Assembly (NCBI GenBank): GCA_016193315.1
Contig: JACPSJ010000001.1
Span: 791,478-855,477 of the forward strand
DNA from: Candidatus Kerfeldbacteria bacterium
Lineage (GTDB): Bacteria; Patescibacteriota; Patescibacteriia; SBBC01; CAIJZX01
Length of the DNA: 64,000 nucleotides
Direction of reading: 5' to 3'
Below, piece by piece: positions 1 to 10,483 of this stretch. The first letter of the stretch is position 1, and the number at the start of each line of letters is the position of its first letter. The notes under the pieces are model-generated. The model had not been told where the DNA came from, did no database searches, and worked only from the letters and a program-made list of their open reading frames with translations. The translations under genes and the position numbers were made by a program.

Positions 1-1
1 T

Positions 2-1120
2 CACCAGCTTGACAAAACGGTGCGACTTAGCGTCGGCTTTCTCCTGCCAATGAGGCTCGAAGACGTGTACCTGGACTGGGAACGAATCGAGGGGAACGGG
101 CGCAATGAAGTCCTACTCGCGACCACACCCCGAGTCATAGTCGATGCCTACCGCCAAGCCGCGGACAAGGCTGGTGTGAATATCACCGCGGTGGAGTTTC
201 ACCCTCTCAGCTTGACCCGGGTGCTAGATGTACCAGACGTGCAAGCCCGGTTGTACATCATGCCGGACGCATCAACCACTACCTTCAGCATCATTCAGGG
301 ACGATCGCTCCGATTCTGCCGGGTGGTTCCAAACGAACGTCTAGCCGCCGGCAAGATCGGCGAGGAAATTCGCCGGTTAAGAGCCTTCTACGAATCGCAA
401 CGCGGCCCAGTGGCTGACGTCGTTGACCTAAGTCGAGCCCAAATCCTCGGACTCGTGGCCGCTCATCCACTGACCAGAGAGTCCAGTAACTCCTGGCTAG
501 TCAGCGTCGGCGCGGCGCTCCGTGGACTGATTCCCCGCCGACATGACGTCGCCATCAGTTTGATGGCGATTGGCACCGAGGAGGCGCATGCTCTCCAGAA
601 GGCCAAAGCGCTGGCTGGATTCTGGTCGAGCTTGACCGTCGGTCTGGTCTTCCTTTTCACCCTGGCGTACGTCGGCACCTGGGCGGTCACCGGCTCATTG
701 GCCCGAGCCGCTGCCAAGCAACGACCGCTGCTAACCGCCGCGGCCGGTCCGTCTGATCTCGCCAATCTTGAGCAACGGGCCAAGGATTTCAACGCCATCG
801 TCCGGGCTGCCGATCCCATCCTGCAATCAACGCCGCGGTGGGACGTGCTGCTCGACGACCTAAAGGCTCGCCTCAGCCCGGGAATCACCATTAGCGCGCT
901 AACCATCACTTCCATCCGCGACCCGATTACTCTCGCCGGCCTGGCCGTCACCCGCTCCGACCTCAACGCTTTTCGGCAGAAACTTGTGGACTCGGACTAC
1001 CTAACCGACGTCGCCTTGCCATTGACCAACCTCGAACTCACCGCCAGCATTCCGTTTCAGTTCACCTTTCGACTGACTGATTCCTTGCGCCTAACGCCGG
1101 GATCCCCCAAAAACCAATGA
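2..1120 (+). CDS. PilM-PilN fusion (type IV pilus alignment complex), 5'-truncated by window edge
   Basis: Frame is open to base 2. PilM-like actin-fold segment (YLDW..EVLLATTP..YRQAADKAG..VEFHPLSLTR..VGAALRG), then one TM helix and a PilN-like domain (ITLAGLA.TRSDLNAFRQKL..FTFRL). Confidence 0.75.
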   Translation, partial: HQLDKTVRLSVGFLLPMRLEDVYLDWERIEGNGRNEVLLATTPRVIVDAYRQAADKAGVNITAVEFHPLSLTRVLDVPDVQARLYIMPDASTTTFSIIQGRSLRFCRVVPNERLAAGKIGEEIRRLRAFYESQRGPVADVVDLSRAQILGLVAAHPLTRESSNSWLVSVGAALRGLIPRRHDVAISLMAIGTEEAHALQKAKALAGFWSSLTVGLVFLFTLAYVGTWAVTGSLARAAAKQRPLLTAAAGPSDLANLEQRAKDFNAIVRAADPILQSTPRWDVLLDDLKARLSPGITISALTITSIRDPITLAGLAVTRSDLNAFRQKLVDSDYLTDVALPLTNLELTASIPFQFTFRLTDSLRLTPGSPKNQ

Positions 1121-1677
1121 ACGGAGTTAGGATCCCGCCGGCGGTCCTTAGTTCGCTATCAAAGGCGGTGGTGGCCATGCTGATCGGTGCAGCCGTTATC
1201 TACGTAGCTAGCAACAACATCATCAAACAGGTCAGCCAGATCCAGCAACAACGAATCGCGTTGCGGGTGTTGGACAGACGGTACAACACCGCCGCCAGCT
1301 TGAGGCAGGAGTTATCCCAACTCGGCCCAAACGAAGACCGGATCAAGAAGGCCTTCCTGCCGGTTGAAAACATCCCTGATTTCATTTCGGCCCTCGAAAG
1401 CGTGGCTCGTCAAAGTTCGATCAACCAGACGGTCAAGTTTGGGACGCCAACTCCTTTCCCTCATCCTGAACTTCAACTCTCAACCATTGATTTTGATGTC
1501 GCCTTGGCGGGCACAGTGGACATGTTCCGAAACTATCTGAAAACCTACCAACAACTTCCCTATCTCACCGAAATTGTCTCCCTCACCCTAACCTCGACCA
1601 GTCGCCTCGGCTGGGATGAGTCCGCCACCATTTCTTTTCGGGCCAGGCTGTACACTGGCAGCCTGCAAGAAACATGA
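1117..1677 (+). CDS. PilO-like protein
   Basis: N-terminal TM, coiled coil, then LP..ENIPDFISALE and G....FRNYL..YQQLPYL..I.SL PilO pattern. ATGA overlap with the upstream gene. Confidence 0.7.
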   Translation: MNGVRIPPAVLSSLSKAVVAMLIGAAVIYVASNNIIKQVSQIQQQRIALRVLDRRYNTAASLRQELSQLGPNEDRIKKAFLPVENIPDFISALESVARQSSINQTVKFGTPTPFPHPELQLSTIDFDVALAGTVDMFRNYLKTYQQLPYLTEIVSLTLTSTSRLGWDESATISFRARLYTGSLQET

Positions 1678-1925
1678 ACCAGCCAGATCCGATCCCTAAC
1701 CGCAGCCGTCTCCGACGGGTGATCTACCCGGTCGTCGTCATCACTTACCTAGTCGCGGCCATCATCTTGGCGCTGGTGGCGATACGCTTTCTTTCCACTA
1801 ACCTCGGTCGAGCCATTGCTATTGACCAAGACATCGGACCGTCCCAGACTACTCATCTCGACCTGGAAACCTATCGCCGCGTCGCCAGACGGCTCGGCAT
1901 CCCCCGGGAGCTACCGCCACTCTAG
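1674..1925 (+). CDS. small single-TM hypothetical protein of the pil operon
   Basis: 83 aa, one hydrophobic helix, ATGA overlap with the pilO-like gene. Confidence 0.65.
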   Translation: MNQPDPIPNRSRLRRVIYPVVVITYLVAAIILALVAIRFLSTNLGRAIAIDQDIGPSQTTHLDLETYRRVARRLGIPRELPPL

Positions 1926-2371
1926 ATTTCACTCCAGGACGTGGCCGTAATCTCGCCGCTGGCGTCGAGCGGGTCGAGCGTAACCGACACTCTAATCGTT
2001 CGGATGTTTCGCTTCACCTGACCAACCGAGGTGATGGTCTTGTTGGTGTCGTCCCCTTCCACTGTCAGCCGCGCACAGCCGTCGTTATTCGAACAGCCGG
2101 TGCTGGGAACAAAATCGATAGCATAACACGGATTAGACACGTCACACAGGTACTTCTTGTTGCGGGCGATCCGTTGCAATGCATCGCGCGCTCCAGCTTC
2201 AGCAAAGAACAGCGCCTGTGAGGACTGAGCTGCCCCAGCACTGGTGCTGACCTGGATGAAGGTGCTCGAGGCCAGGCCCACCCCGACCGCCACCATAAAG
2301 ACCACCATGGCCAGGACGGCGGGGAGACTGGCAATGCCGCGGCGGCGGTTGTTTTGGAGAATCATGGCCAC
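1922..2371 (-). CDS. PilX/GspK-like minor pilin
   Basis: RRRG|IASLPAVL class III signal without Glu5; SSQALFFAEAG PilX N-terminal motif. Confidence 0.75.
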   Translation of the reverse strand: MAMILQNNRRRGIASLPAVLAMVVFMVAVGVGLASSTFIQVSTSAGAAQSSQALFFAEAGARDALQRIARNKKYLCDVSNPCYAIDFVPSTGCSNNDGCARLTVEGDDTNKTITSVGQVKRNIRTIRVSVTLDPLDASGEITATSWSEI

Positions 2372-2386
2372 CGGCGTGGTTCGTAA

Positions 2387-2905
2387 CTATCGTAGTGAAG
2401 TGGTCGAAATTTTGCTTTGGGCATATTGATACTCGGGGTTGGCCGTACTGTACTGCTGGGTCAATACCGTCTGAATGGATACCACCGTCCGGTCGAGAGT
2501 CGTATTCTTATTCTCCAGCCGGGTGAAAGTGACATTGGTGACGGTAATAGTCGGTGGGGTGATTGGCTCGGCATTCCGCCTCAGCTGGCCGTCAACCACC
2601 TCATAGGTGACAGTTGGGCCCGCCAGGGTCATAGACAGGATTGACGATTGAGCTCCGGCCGACGGCGGATCAGATACGGCCGATGCCTGTCGGAGGTCAG
2701 TCTCAATACGCTCCATGGCAAACCGCAGTATTGAGTCAACTTCCGCCCGCGCTTCAGCCCGCGCCCGAGCCTGATTGATGGTCGCAAATATGCCGGACAA
2801 GGCGACCGTCACCAGCGATAGCACTGCCACGTAGATCAGCAATTCCAACAACGAAAACCCCGGTCTGCTGATGGCCAAGAATCGTCTGCCTGGCACTGTT
2901 CGCAT
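2387..2905 (-). CDS. PilW/GspJ-like minor pilin
   Basis: RPG|FSLLELLIYVAVL prepilin motif, ..ERIETDLRQA. ATG 2905 chosen to avoid overlap with the upstream gene. Confidence 0.8.
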   Translation of the reverse strand: MRTVPGRRFLAISRPGFSLLELLIYVAVLSLVTVALSGIFATINQARARAEARAEVDSILRFAMERIETDLRQASAVSDPPSAGAQSSILSMTLAGPTVTYEVVDGQLRRNAEPITPPTITVTNVTFTRLENKNTTLDRTVVSIQTVLTQQYSTANPEYQYAQSKISTTSLR

Positions 2906-2910
2906 GGCCG

Positions 2911-5900
2911 TTACGGGCTCCAATTTACGATAATATCGTCCACCCGTGGATAGTTTGAGCCCGAACTCGTACAATCATTTGAGCAGAGCTGTATTTTGTA
3001 CCGGAAGTAACGGTAATTATTGTGCTCGCTATACGATAATGTGACTGGTGTATTAGGGCTGGGGGCATTGTACCAGTCGGTTGAGACGCACGTCGGTCCA
3101 CTTGATACAGCGCAGAAGTTCCATGTACCAGCATCATCACAGGCGGGAGGATTGGTTTTCCCATTTGGACAGTTCGAAGTGGCCAGCTGGAATCGAACCG
3201 TGCCCGTTCCGGCTGCTCCCTGCCACATGACGCTGTTGTACGCCGCCCCGTCGGTCACTTGGGTATCAAAGACGGCTGATGTCAACGTCCCGTAGATCGT
3301 GCCCCCCGGACACGCATTGAAGGTCCAGCTCCCCTGATTTGTGCCAGGAACGTTCGTACCGCCGTTCACCGTGATCGGTACCGTGGCATTCATGTACGAC
3401 ACTGTGACGTCATAGAGTGTGAATGTTCCTGTTCCAGAGATCGAACGGGCCGGTTGCCCAGTGTCCGTCGTTGTCAACGTAATGTCATCGGAATCTGAGC
3501 ATCCATCGCTGTTTCCTCCGACGTCGAGCGTGAGGAGACCGCCACTGGCGACATCGAAGATGCCGCCGAGCATGATGTCGCCAATGGAGGTATTTGCCCA
3601 CTTGCCGTTCGCTCCGATCGTGACGGCGTTCGGCGAACCGTCGACCCTGATGTCTCCCGCTCCCTGCTGCAACTCACCCTGTGTGATGTTGAGGATGCCG
3701 TTCACGCGCAGTTCACTACCGATACCGACGCTCACCGCAGTCGTCGGTTGTGCTTTGCTGATAGTAACGGATGCGAAATCACTGGTGGAACACGAATCGG
3801 CATCGCCGCAGCCTGTGTTGAGCACCGTGGGGGTGGCGCCATCAAACGTAAGAGTCGCGGTACCTTCGTTGAACGTTCCGCTGTTAAACCAGTTCTCGCC
3901 AACGGTCAAGGATGCGGTGGGAGGAGCTGTCAACGTCGATCCATTTCCGATGACGACGTCACCATCGACGTCGACCGCCGTGTTGTTTGTCGCCGCTGTC
4001 ACAGTCACGGGATTCGCTCCACCGGCTGTAAGATCGGAAATTGTCCTGACCGTTCCCGTATCGAACGTGTAGGTTGGATTTCCGCTCGTCGGTCGCAACT
4101 CGAGGTTGTAATACGTTGTGGCGGTGATGTTTGTTGCCGTCGTGCCCGTGTAACGTATGGTTGAACTTGATGGGGTGAACACTTCGCCAGCACCGATGTT
4201 GAAAGGCTGGCCGCTTCCGGAGAGGGTGATGGTGTATGAAGAAGCATTGAACGTGTTCGTACCGCTTGACTGGTTAATCCAGAGCTTGCTTTGGACGGTG
4301 AAGTTTTGGGTGACATTTATGGTTGATGATTCGTCTGCTTTACCGATGTGCAGATTGCCGAACGTTGAGGCTCCTGAACCCCTGATGCTGCTTGGGGCGC
4401 CGGTGAGAGTCGTAACCCTATTCGCGTTCTGAGTTAGCGTGCCAAACGTCACGATTTCGGTGCCAGCAGTAAGATCGTAGTCGTTCAGGGCAAGCGTTCC
4501 AAGGGGGTCAGCGATTGTGACGCCGTCGAGCGCGGCCAGCACCGCCCCGCCCTGCCAGCTCTCAATTTGGCTCGTTGGCGCCGCACCGTTTCCGAACACG
4601 ACGATACCCGGTAAACCTGAAGCTATCGATGAATCAGTCGTTTGGAATTTGAGCTCGTTGTTGATATATAACTTCAGCGTGATGCCGATAACTTCAAGTT
4701 TTATTGTGTCACCAACTGTGGCGGCCGGTATTGTGTCGCCAGGTCCGGGATCGAGCGTCTGGTAAGCGCCACCTAACCATCGGTATACATCCGTCGGACC
4801 AGCGGTGGTATCTGTTGTATAGCAGTATCGATCTAAACCATCGCTGCTTACACGCACACAGACCTGCGCTTCGTTTCCTGGAGAAGCTGCCGCGATGACT
4901 GCCTCTGAATACTGATCAGCACCGACCGGGGATGCCCACGTGGCTGTATTATCTCCAGCCAGCGCGCCACCGAGATCCGAGCTGCTGTAAATCTGCGGGT
5001 CGCCCTGCACATTGTCCGTCCAGCCGGTGCCGAGTCCCGGTCCCGCCCTCTCGAAATCGTCCTGGGATGCGGTCAGGGAGTAGGTTCCGCCGCTGCCCGT
5101 CCAAAGATGGGAGTACGTAGTTGGCGCAACCGTTGCGCCCGTTGCATGGGAGTAGACGACCGTCGAGAAAACCGAATCGAAAACGCCCGGCGTGGTTAAG
5201 GAACCGTCAATAACGAACGGCGTTCCATTTCCTTCAATGGTCAGCACGTACGTATCGGCATCGAGCGTTCCGTCAACTTCGAGTGCAAAGGTGGTGACAT
5301 TGCCGTTGAGCGTGTAGGTATTTCCGGCCCTGATGTACAATTCCTCGCGCGCTGACGAGCCGTTATTATCAACAATCAGGTTGTTGCTTACATCAACGTC
5401 GTGGAACACGTCCGCATCCGGTGATACCGAGTCGTCATATGAACCGAGATTCGAACTGGAGAGCGACTGATTGTCATCACTCCCGATCGTCAGGTGTTCT
5501 TTGTACAAAGTAACGCCGGTGATATCCCCTGAACCGTCGTATTTCGTCACCGCAACCGCCCGATCGGTCGTCAAACCGGTCGAGATATCAATGAAGACGG
5601 TGACGACCGCTCCGCTTGCGGGTGCCGGAACGCTAGCGATGCTCCAGCTTCCTGCGACCGTTGGTTGGTTTTGGGATTGCAGCGTGTCATTGACAGCGAC
5701 GGCAATGGTCCCCACGTCTGCACAGGCAGTCGTTTGATCAAATGCGTTGCACGTTCCGGAGATATTCATGGTAGGTGGTGCTGCCGGCACGTACTCAACG
5801 AGCAGCCACATGGTTGTAACAGCAAGGATCGATCCACCGCGGGTCAGACGGACACCGATTTGTGTATTGTCAAGAACGCTCGGCGTCCAGGCAGAGGACG

Positions 5901-8900
5901 TGAATGGACGGTCGTACGCGGTAATGCTGTACAAACTCGGAATTGAGGTGTCGTTTGTCACCCACGCCGTTGAGGTAATGGCTTCAGTATCGCCTTCAAT
6001 GGCCGGTGCATTGGCACTGTCTTTAAGTCGGACAACGAGATCGGCTTGCGTGGAAGTCGTATTCGTGAACCGAATTCCGACCTGGGTCAGATTCACGAGT
6101 GCTCCGGCTGGTATCACCCCCGCAGTGTCTGTAACGTTTACATCGGCAGTTGCGTTGAGACTTGAGGCAGCCATGTAATGGCCACCAGTTCCGTCATTCG
6201 GAGTAATCTCGCTGGTACAGTCCCAGTTTGCCGTACATCCACCCTGATTGGTCCACTGTGAAAAATCTCCTGGTGGTGCATTGGGTCGTAGGTGGACAAC
6301 GCTGCCCGGCCCGGGGTAGCCGTTCTGCGTGGCACCGATCCCCTTGTTCACCGCGACGTCGTCGATGTACCAGTCACCGCCCTGCCCTCCATTAAACCCC
6401 GTGTTGCCGCCAACAGCAAGGTTCATTACACCATTGGCAATGTTCCGCGTTGAGCTCGTTGCAAAAACGGTGCCGTCGATCCGCGCTTCGACAATGTCGG
6501 TTGATCCCGATCCACGGGTGTCTAACTTCATCTCGATAAAGTACCACCTGTTGGTTGAGAGCACGCCCGAGGTGCCAATTGTTCCAACCTGGTCCCAGAG
6601 ATCGAGCAATCCAGTGGGTCTGATGGTAATTCCGGCTTGCCACGTTCCGCTGGAATCCTGAAAGTGCATGATCATACTGTCCTGCAAGCCGGTTGGAGGT
6701 GAGACAACGTAGAGGTACATCCGGGCGTAAAACGGTCCGTCATTATTCGCCGCCTCAAAATCATGTCCGATTCCCTTACGATCGAGTAAGGTTAATCCGT
6801 TGATCCGCATCGACGCGGCACCGGAGTGTTTCGTTGTGGTGTTGATGAGCGAGATGCCGTAGACTGTCTGGAACTCCACGCCGCTGGTCTCCGACTGCAG
6901 CTCGAACCCGGACGTCCACAGCCGTCCGCCCTCGGCCGGCACGTACTCTACCACGAGCCAGAGCGTGGTGACGAAGGTGTCCTCTGATGATGTAATGTCT
7001 CGAAGGCCGATCCGAGCGCTGTCGATGTCAGTCTTGGTTATCGGGTCTCCGTCCGCGGAGCCTGACTGATTAAAGAGGGTCAGCCGATAATTCTTCGGGT
7101 TGCTGACTGCGTTCGTCGTCCAGCCGGGAACGCTTTCGCCTGGACTGATGTATTCTTCTAAAGCATTCGTCCCTGGGATATTGATCCGAAGACCATACTG
7201 GGTGAGCGGGGTATCACCGTGAGAGTAACGAACGCCAACCTGCGCGAGCTTCACCTGATCGCCGTCGACGATACTCCACGTCGATGCATTTTGGACATCC
7301 ACCGTAATAATATCGCCTGTCGTGCACTCAGCAGAGTCAAGCTCATCATCGATCGGCGTCACCTCGTTGATAATGTCCCAGGCTGTGCTGCCGCCAGTGC
7401 AGGTATTCGAGACGTTGCCGTTCGGGAGCAGGTGGACGACCTTCCCCTCGCCCGGCCAATTCTGGTCATTGCCGCCGCTGTCGTCATTGATCGCGATGTC
7501 GTCAAAGTACATATCGCCCGTAACGCCGGTCGTGTAGTAGCCGAAGTAGAGATCGAGTGCTCCGCTGGTAAAATCTTGGTCAAGCCGAGACGCGAAAGAT
7601 GCGCCGTCAAGCCTGGCTTCAAGTTCGTCGTTGAGACCGGCGCCGTCAGTCGAGTCGAATCTCATCTCAAGCCGATACCACGTGTTGAGCAAGAGCGGCG
7701 ACGAAGATCCGATCAGAATGCCATCTTCTTCATTCCGAAGATCAAGGGTCAGGTTAGTGTTCAGTCGAATACTCGCCTTAGTGCTTGGCGCTGAATTGAC
7801 AAATGCCACAATGAGGGTTTGGGCTGAAGGAGCAGTGGTAATCCGAATGAATGTCCGGACGTAGATGTCGTCGGGGAGATTCGCCGCCGCGTAGCGATAG
7901 CGAATGTTTTCAACGGCAGCCGAGCTGGTTACTTGGGTTCGCAACGACGCCGCGCCTGATCTGACATAGCTGGGGCTGGTGTTGATCGCCGGTAATCCGT
8001 TGGTCGCGGTAATCTCCATGCCCGCAGACAGGCTCTGCAGCTCAAACCCGATGGTTGTCAGCCGACTTCCCGAGGCCGACCCGCCGACCGAGTCCAAGGC
8101 AACCTGCCACGGCCGTGACTCGCTGAACTCTCCCAGCGCGAGCGGACCGAGGAGGTACAGGGCCGGGGCAATGTCCGGAAAATCAATGGTGTACTCGAAC
8201 TCGTGCGTTTCGCCCGTTCTCCAGTCGACGTTCCAGGCAATTTCCTGCTCAAGATCGCTCACTGGTTGCACGGCACCTTCGTCAGACACCGATTTCAGTA
8301 TGAAGTCGGACGGAACACGTTCTCGAACGGTTCCGCGATAATTGCTGTTGGCTGTGATCGTCAGCTTCACGTTGTAATCAACCACCGGGAAGACGCGGGT
8401 GGGGAAGGTGGTGCGCTCGATATCGAAGGGAACCGTGTCGCGCACCTCAAAGAAGTCGTCAATTGACCGCGTTCCGTTGATGTTTGTGGCCGTGACCCGG
8501 AGCCGGTAAATTCCGCTTTGTCCGGCGCGGTACGAGGCGGCGTAGTCGGGGTTGATGGTGACGCCCTTGTCAACGCACTCGGGGTCCGGCCGAATGGTTC
8601 CATCCGATGTGGAGAAACGTTGGTTCCGACCTGCGGGGTCTGTGACGACCAGTTCGACGCCCGCGCTACACTGGGTGTGTCCGGTATCATCCAGTACGGT
8701 CATGCCGATCTCGGTGGTGGTGTCCGGCCGGATGATGGAGCGGCGGACGTTGACGCCGATCACCCCCCAGAAGAATGTTCTGTTCACAACCATGGTCTTG
8801 CCGTTCGGTGCGCGAAACTGAACGCGGGCGGTGTAGCGGCCGGGACGCAGGCCGGCGGTGGAAAACCGGAGAACGGTATCTGCATCGCGACCGCGTCGAC

Positions 8901-9219
8901 GAACTTCTTCTGTGAACGCCTGCTGCAAGATACTGTCATCTGGACTGACGAGCGTCACGTCATCGATCTTCCAGGGTCCGGTCGACGCTCTCAGCAACCG
9001 CGGCTGTAGTGCGTTCGATGAAATGGCGATCGTCGGTTGCTCGGTCACTCGGAATGCGCGATCTTCTGATCGGGCTGACGATCTGATTTGTTGCGTACTC
9101 GATGTCTGTCGGAAAACGACAACCGTCACTATGGCTGCCAGTGCTAGGAGCGTCGCTCCGACTGCGCCGGGGCTGATGATGGAAACATGTGACGATTGCT
9201 TTGTCCTTGATCGTCTCAT
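2911..9219 (-). CDS. giant (2102 aa) membrane-anchored surface protein / putative adhesin
   Basis: ATG 9219 overlaps the upstream TGA. N-terminal TM, beta-rich Ig-like and LamG/ConA-like domains, G/T/N-rich beta-helix-like region, C-terminal GTLTSAVFDT..YRYFRYKI..VNWSP domain. Confidence 0.85.
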   Translation of the reverse strand: MRRSRTKQSSHVSIISPGAVGATLLALAAIVTVVVFRQTSSTQQIRSSARSEDRAFRVTEQPTIAISSNALQPRLLRASTGPWKIDDVTLVSPDDSILQQAFTEEVRRRGRDADTVLRFSTAGLRPGRYTARVQFRAPNGKTMVVNRTFFWGVIGVNVRRSIIRPDTTTEIGMTVLDDTGHTQCSAGVELVVTDPAGRNQRFSTSDGTIRPDPECVDKGVTINPDYAASYRAGQSGIYRLRVTATNINGTRSIDDFFEVRDTVPFDIERTTFPTRVFPVVDYNVKLTITANSNYRGTVRERVPSDFILKSVSDEGAVQPVSDLEQEIAWNVDWRTGETHEFEYTIDFPDIAPALYLLGPLALGEFSESRPWQVALDSVGGSASGSRLTTIGFELQSLSAGMEITATNGLPAINTSPSYVRSGAASLRTQVTSSAAVENIRYRYAAANLPDDIYVRTFIRITTAPSAQTLIVAFVNSAPSTKASIRLNTNLTLDLRNEEDGILIGSSSPLLLNTWYRLEMRFDSTDGAGLNDELEARLDGASFASRLDQDFTSGALDLYFGYYTTGVTGDMYFDDIAINDDSGGNDQNWPGEGKVVHLLPNGNVSNTCTGGSTAWDIINEVTPIDDELDSAECTTGDIITVDVQNASTWSIVDGDQVKLAQVGVRYSHGDTPLTQYGLRINIPGTNALEEYISPGESVPGWTTNAVSNPKNYRLTLFNQSGSADGDPITKTDIDSARIGLRDITSSEDTFVTTLWLVVEYVPAEGGRLWTSGFELQSETSGVEFQTVYGISLINTTTKHSGAASMRINGLTLLDRKGIGHDFEAANNDGPFYARMYLYVVSPPTGLQDSMIMHFQDSSGTWQAGITIRPTGLLDLWDQVGTIGTSGVLSTNRWYFIEMKLDTRGSGSTDIVEARIDGTVFATSSTRNIANGVMNLAVGGNTGFNGGQGGDWYIDDVAVNKGIGATQNGYPGPGSVVHLRPNAPPGDFSQWTNQGGCTANWDCTSEITPNDGTGGHYMAASSLNATADVNVTDTAGVIPAGALVNLTQVGIRFTNTTSTQADLVVRLKDSANAPAIEGDTEAITSTAWVTNDTSIPSLYSITAYDRPFTSSAWTPSVLDNTQIGVRLTRGGSILAVTTMWLLVEYVPAAPPTMNISGTCNAFDQTTACADVGTIAVAVNDTLQSQNQPTVAGSWSIASVPAPASGAVVTVFIDISTGLTTDRAVAVTKYDGSGDITGVTLYKEHLTIGSDDNQSLSSSNLGSYDDSVSPDADVFHDVDVSNNLIVDNNGSSAREELYIRAGNTYTLNGNVTTFALEVDGTLDADTYVLTIEGNGTPFVIDGSLTTPGVFDSVFSTVVYSHATGATVAPTTYSHLWTGSGGTYSLTASQDDFERAGPGLGTGWTDNVQGDPQIYSSSDLGGALAGDNTATWASPVGADQYSEAVIAAASPGNEAQVCVRVSSDGLDRYCYTTDTTAGPTDVYRWLGGAYQTLDPGPGDTIPAATVGDTIKLEVIGITLKLYINNELKFQTTDSSIASGLPGIVVFGNGAAPTSQIESWQGGAVLAALDGVTIADPLGTLALNDYDLTAGTEIVTFGTLTQNANRVTTLTGAPSSIRGSGASTFGNLHIGKADESSTINVTQNFTVQSKLWINQSSGTNTFNASSYTITLSGSGQPFNIGAGEVFTPSSSTIRYTGTTATNITATTYYNLELRPTSGNPTYTFDTGTVRTISDLTAGGANPVTVTAATNNTAVDVDGDVVIGNGSTLTAPPTASLTVGENWFNSGTFNEGTATLTFDGATPTVLNTGCGDADSCSTSDFASVTISKAQPTTAVSVGIGSELRVNGILNITQGELQQGAGDIRVDGSPNAVTIGANGKWANTSIGDIMLGGIFDVASGGLLTLDVGGNSDGCSDSDDITLTTTDTGQPARSISGTGTFTLYDVTVSYMNATVPITVNGGTNVPGTNQGSWTFNACPGGTIYGTLTSAVFDTQVTDGAAYNSVMWQGAAGTGTVRFQLATSNCPNGKTNPPACDDAGTWNFCAVSSGPTCVSTDWYNAPSPNTPVTLSYSEHNNYRYFRYKIQLCSNDCTSSGSNYPRVDDIIVNWSP
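5781..8067 (-). repeat. two tandem ~380-aa protein repeats within the giant adhesin (8067-6931, 6930-5781)
   Basis: RLTTIGFELQS..SGAASLR..EARLDG..YFDDIAIN..PGEGKVVHLLPN..TTLWLVVEYVPA versus RLWTSGFELQS..SGAASMR..EARIDG..YIDDVAVN..PGPGSVVHLRPN..TTMWLLVEYVPA. Confidence 0.9.
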
Positions 9220-9926
9220 GGTGTGATCGTGATGCTCCCGGGAGTGGTAGTGTAGTCGATGTTTGTCCGCGTGTCGAAGCTGCCGCTGTTGATGTCGCGC
9301 AGGTTTGCACCATCCTCCTGCGTCGTCCATGTAGATTCGACACCCGCTCTATTGGGCCAACGCGTAACGTAGTCACTCGCGCTCAGCGCTGCCGCCCCAG
9401 GCCAGCTCACCGCGACAGAAATCTTTTGCGTTGACGGATCGTGTCGATTCGACGGCGGCGTGCACGTGACTCCCGTGCCATTGGAGTTGGTGACACCAAC
9501 AATTGCCCCGCTACCGTCTCGACACACGTTCTGCACCCGAAAAGAACGCGTGTAATCGACGCCGTTGATGGAAAGTATTTCAGACCCTTCATTCGACGGA
9601 TGAGAGATTACCCACGCTCCCGAGGGGTAGGTCGGTGGCAGTTGACCAGTATTCTTTATGGGATGATATGGAACATCCTTCTGACGATCAAAGATGTTTA
9701 TCCAGTTTTCGGTTGCGGCCGCATGCACCGCTTCAAAGGTTTCTTGCATCAGACCGTTGGCGACGTTTCTCTCGGTCGCAATCTTGTTCCCCCGCAGGCT
9801 GACGACTACAATCTGACCGCCCGCGCCAAGAATCACCATGGCCACGGCGATGGTAATGAGTATTTCTAGCAGGAGCTGACCGTTCCGGTGTCGATGGTCA
9901 TGCCTGATGGAGGTGCGTATGGCCAC
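9216..9926 (-). CDS. PilV/GspI-like minor pilin
   Basis: RNG|QLLLEILITIAV prepilin motif; YTRSF.V..DPSTQKISVAVSW. Confidence 0.8.
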   Translation of the reverse strand: MAIRTSIRHDHRHRNGQLLLEILITIAVAMVILGAGGQIVVVSLRGNKIATERNVANGLMQETFEAVHAAATENWINIFDRQKDVPYHPIKNTGQLPPTYPSGAWVISHPSNEGSEILSINGVDYTRSFRVQNVCRDGSGAIVGVTNSNGTGVTCTPPSNRHDPSTQKISVAVSWPGAAALSASDYVTRWPNRAGVESTWTTQEDGANLRDINSGSFDTRTNIDYTTTPGSITITP

Positions 9927-9938
9927 AGAACCTAGACG

Positions 9939-10466
9939 CTAGTATATATTTCCGTTCGTCGTCACGGTAATATCCTGAGCTCGTCCTTCAGATTGGATGG
10001 TAATAAGCCTGTTCGGATTGGTGGTCCCGTGAAGACGGTCAAAAATTACGTCCATGGTTGGGGCGGCGAATGTCATACTGCCCGGCAGGTAGATGGTTTC
10101 CTTGACTGTGCGGCCGATATAGTCCGTGGTTGAAAAGTTTTCATAGTAGTCGGAACCGGCCGCGTTGACAAAACGAATGCCCCAGTGGCTCGCATCTTCA
10201 CTGGCAATCGCTTTGGCCTGCGCCTGACGGAGATCGAAGATGATTGATTTTCTTGCTTCTTCCAGCTCCGAAGTTTTCGCATAGTTCCGGTAGTAAGCCA
10301 CACCGCCGACACCGATGACGGCGAGAACCGCAATGGTCAGCAGGGCTTCAACCAGGGAAAACCCGTGGCGTTGCCCCCCCTTGGCTAGCAGGGGGAAAGC
10401 CGGCGCAACACAGTCTGCGTCTGCTGCCTGCGACAGACCGACACGATCCGCCGGGATGAGACTCAT
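9939..10466 (-). CDS. FimT/GspH-like minor pilin
   Basis: RHG|FSLVEALLTIAVL; DLRQAQAKAI; ends ..VTTNGNI. Start uncertain. Confidence 0.8.
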   Translation of the reverse strand: MSLIPADRVGLSQAADADCVAPAFPLLAKGGQRHGFSLVEALLTIAVLAVIGVGGVAYYRNYAKTSELEEARKSIIFDLRQAQAKAIASEDASHWGIRFVNAAGSDYYENFSTTDYIGRTVKETIYLPGSMTFAAPTMDVIFDRLHGTTNPNRLITIQSEGRAQDITVTTNGNIY

Positions 10467-10483
10467 TCGTAGATACGCTAGCC

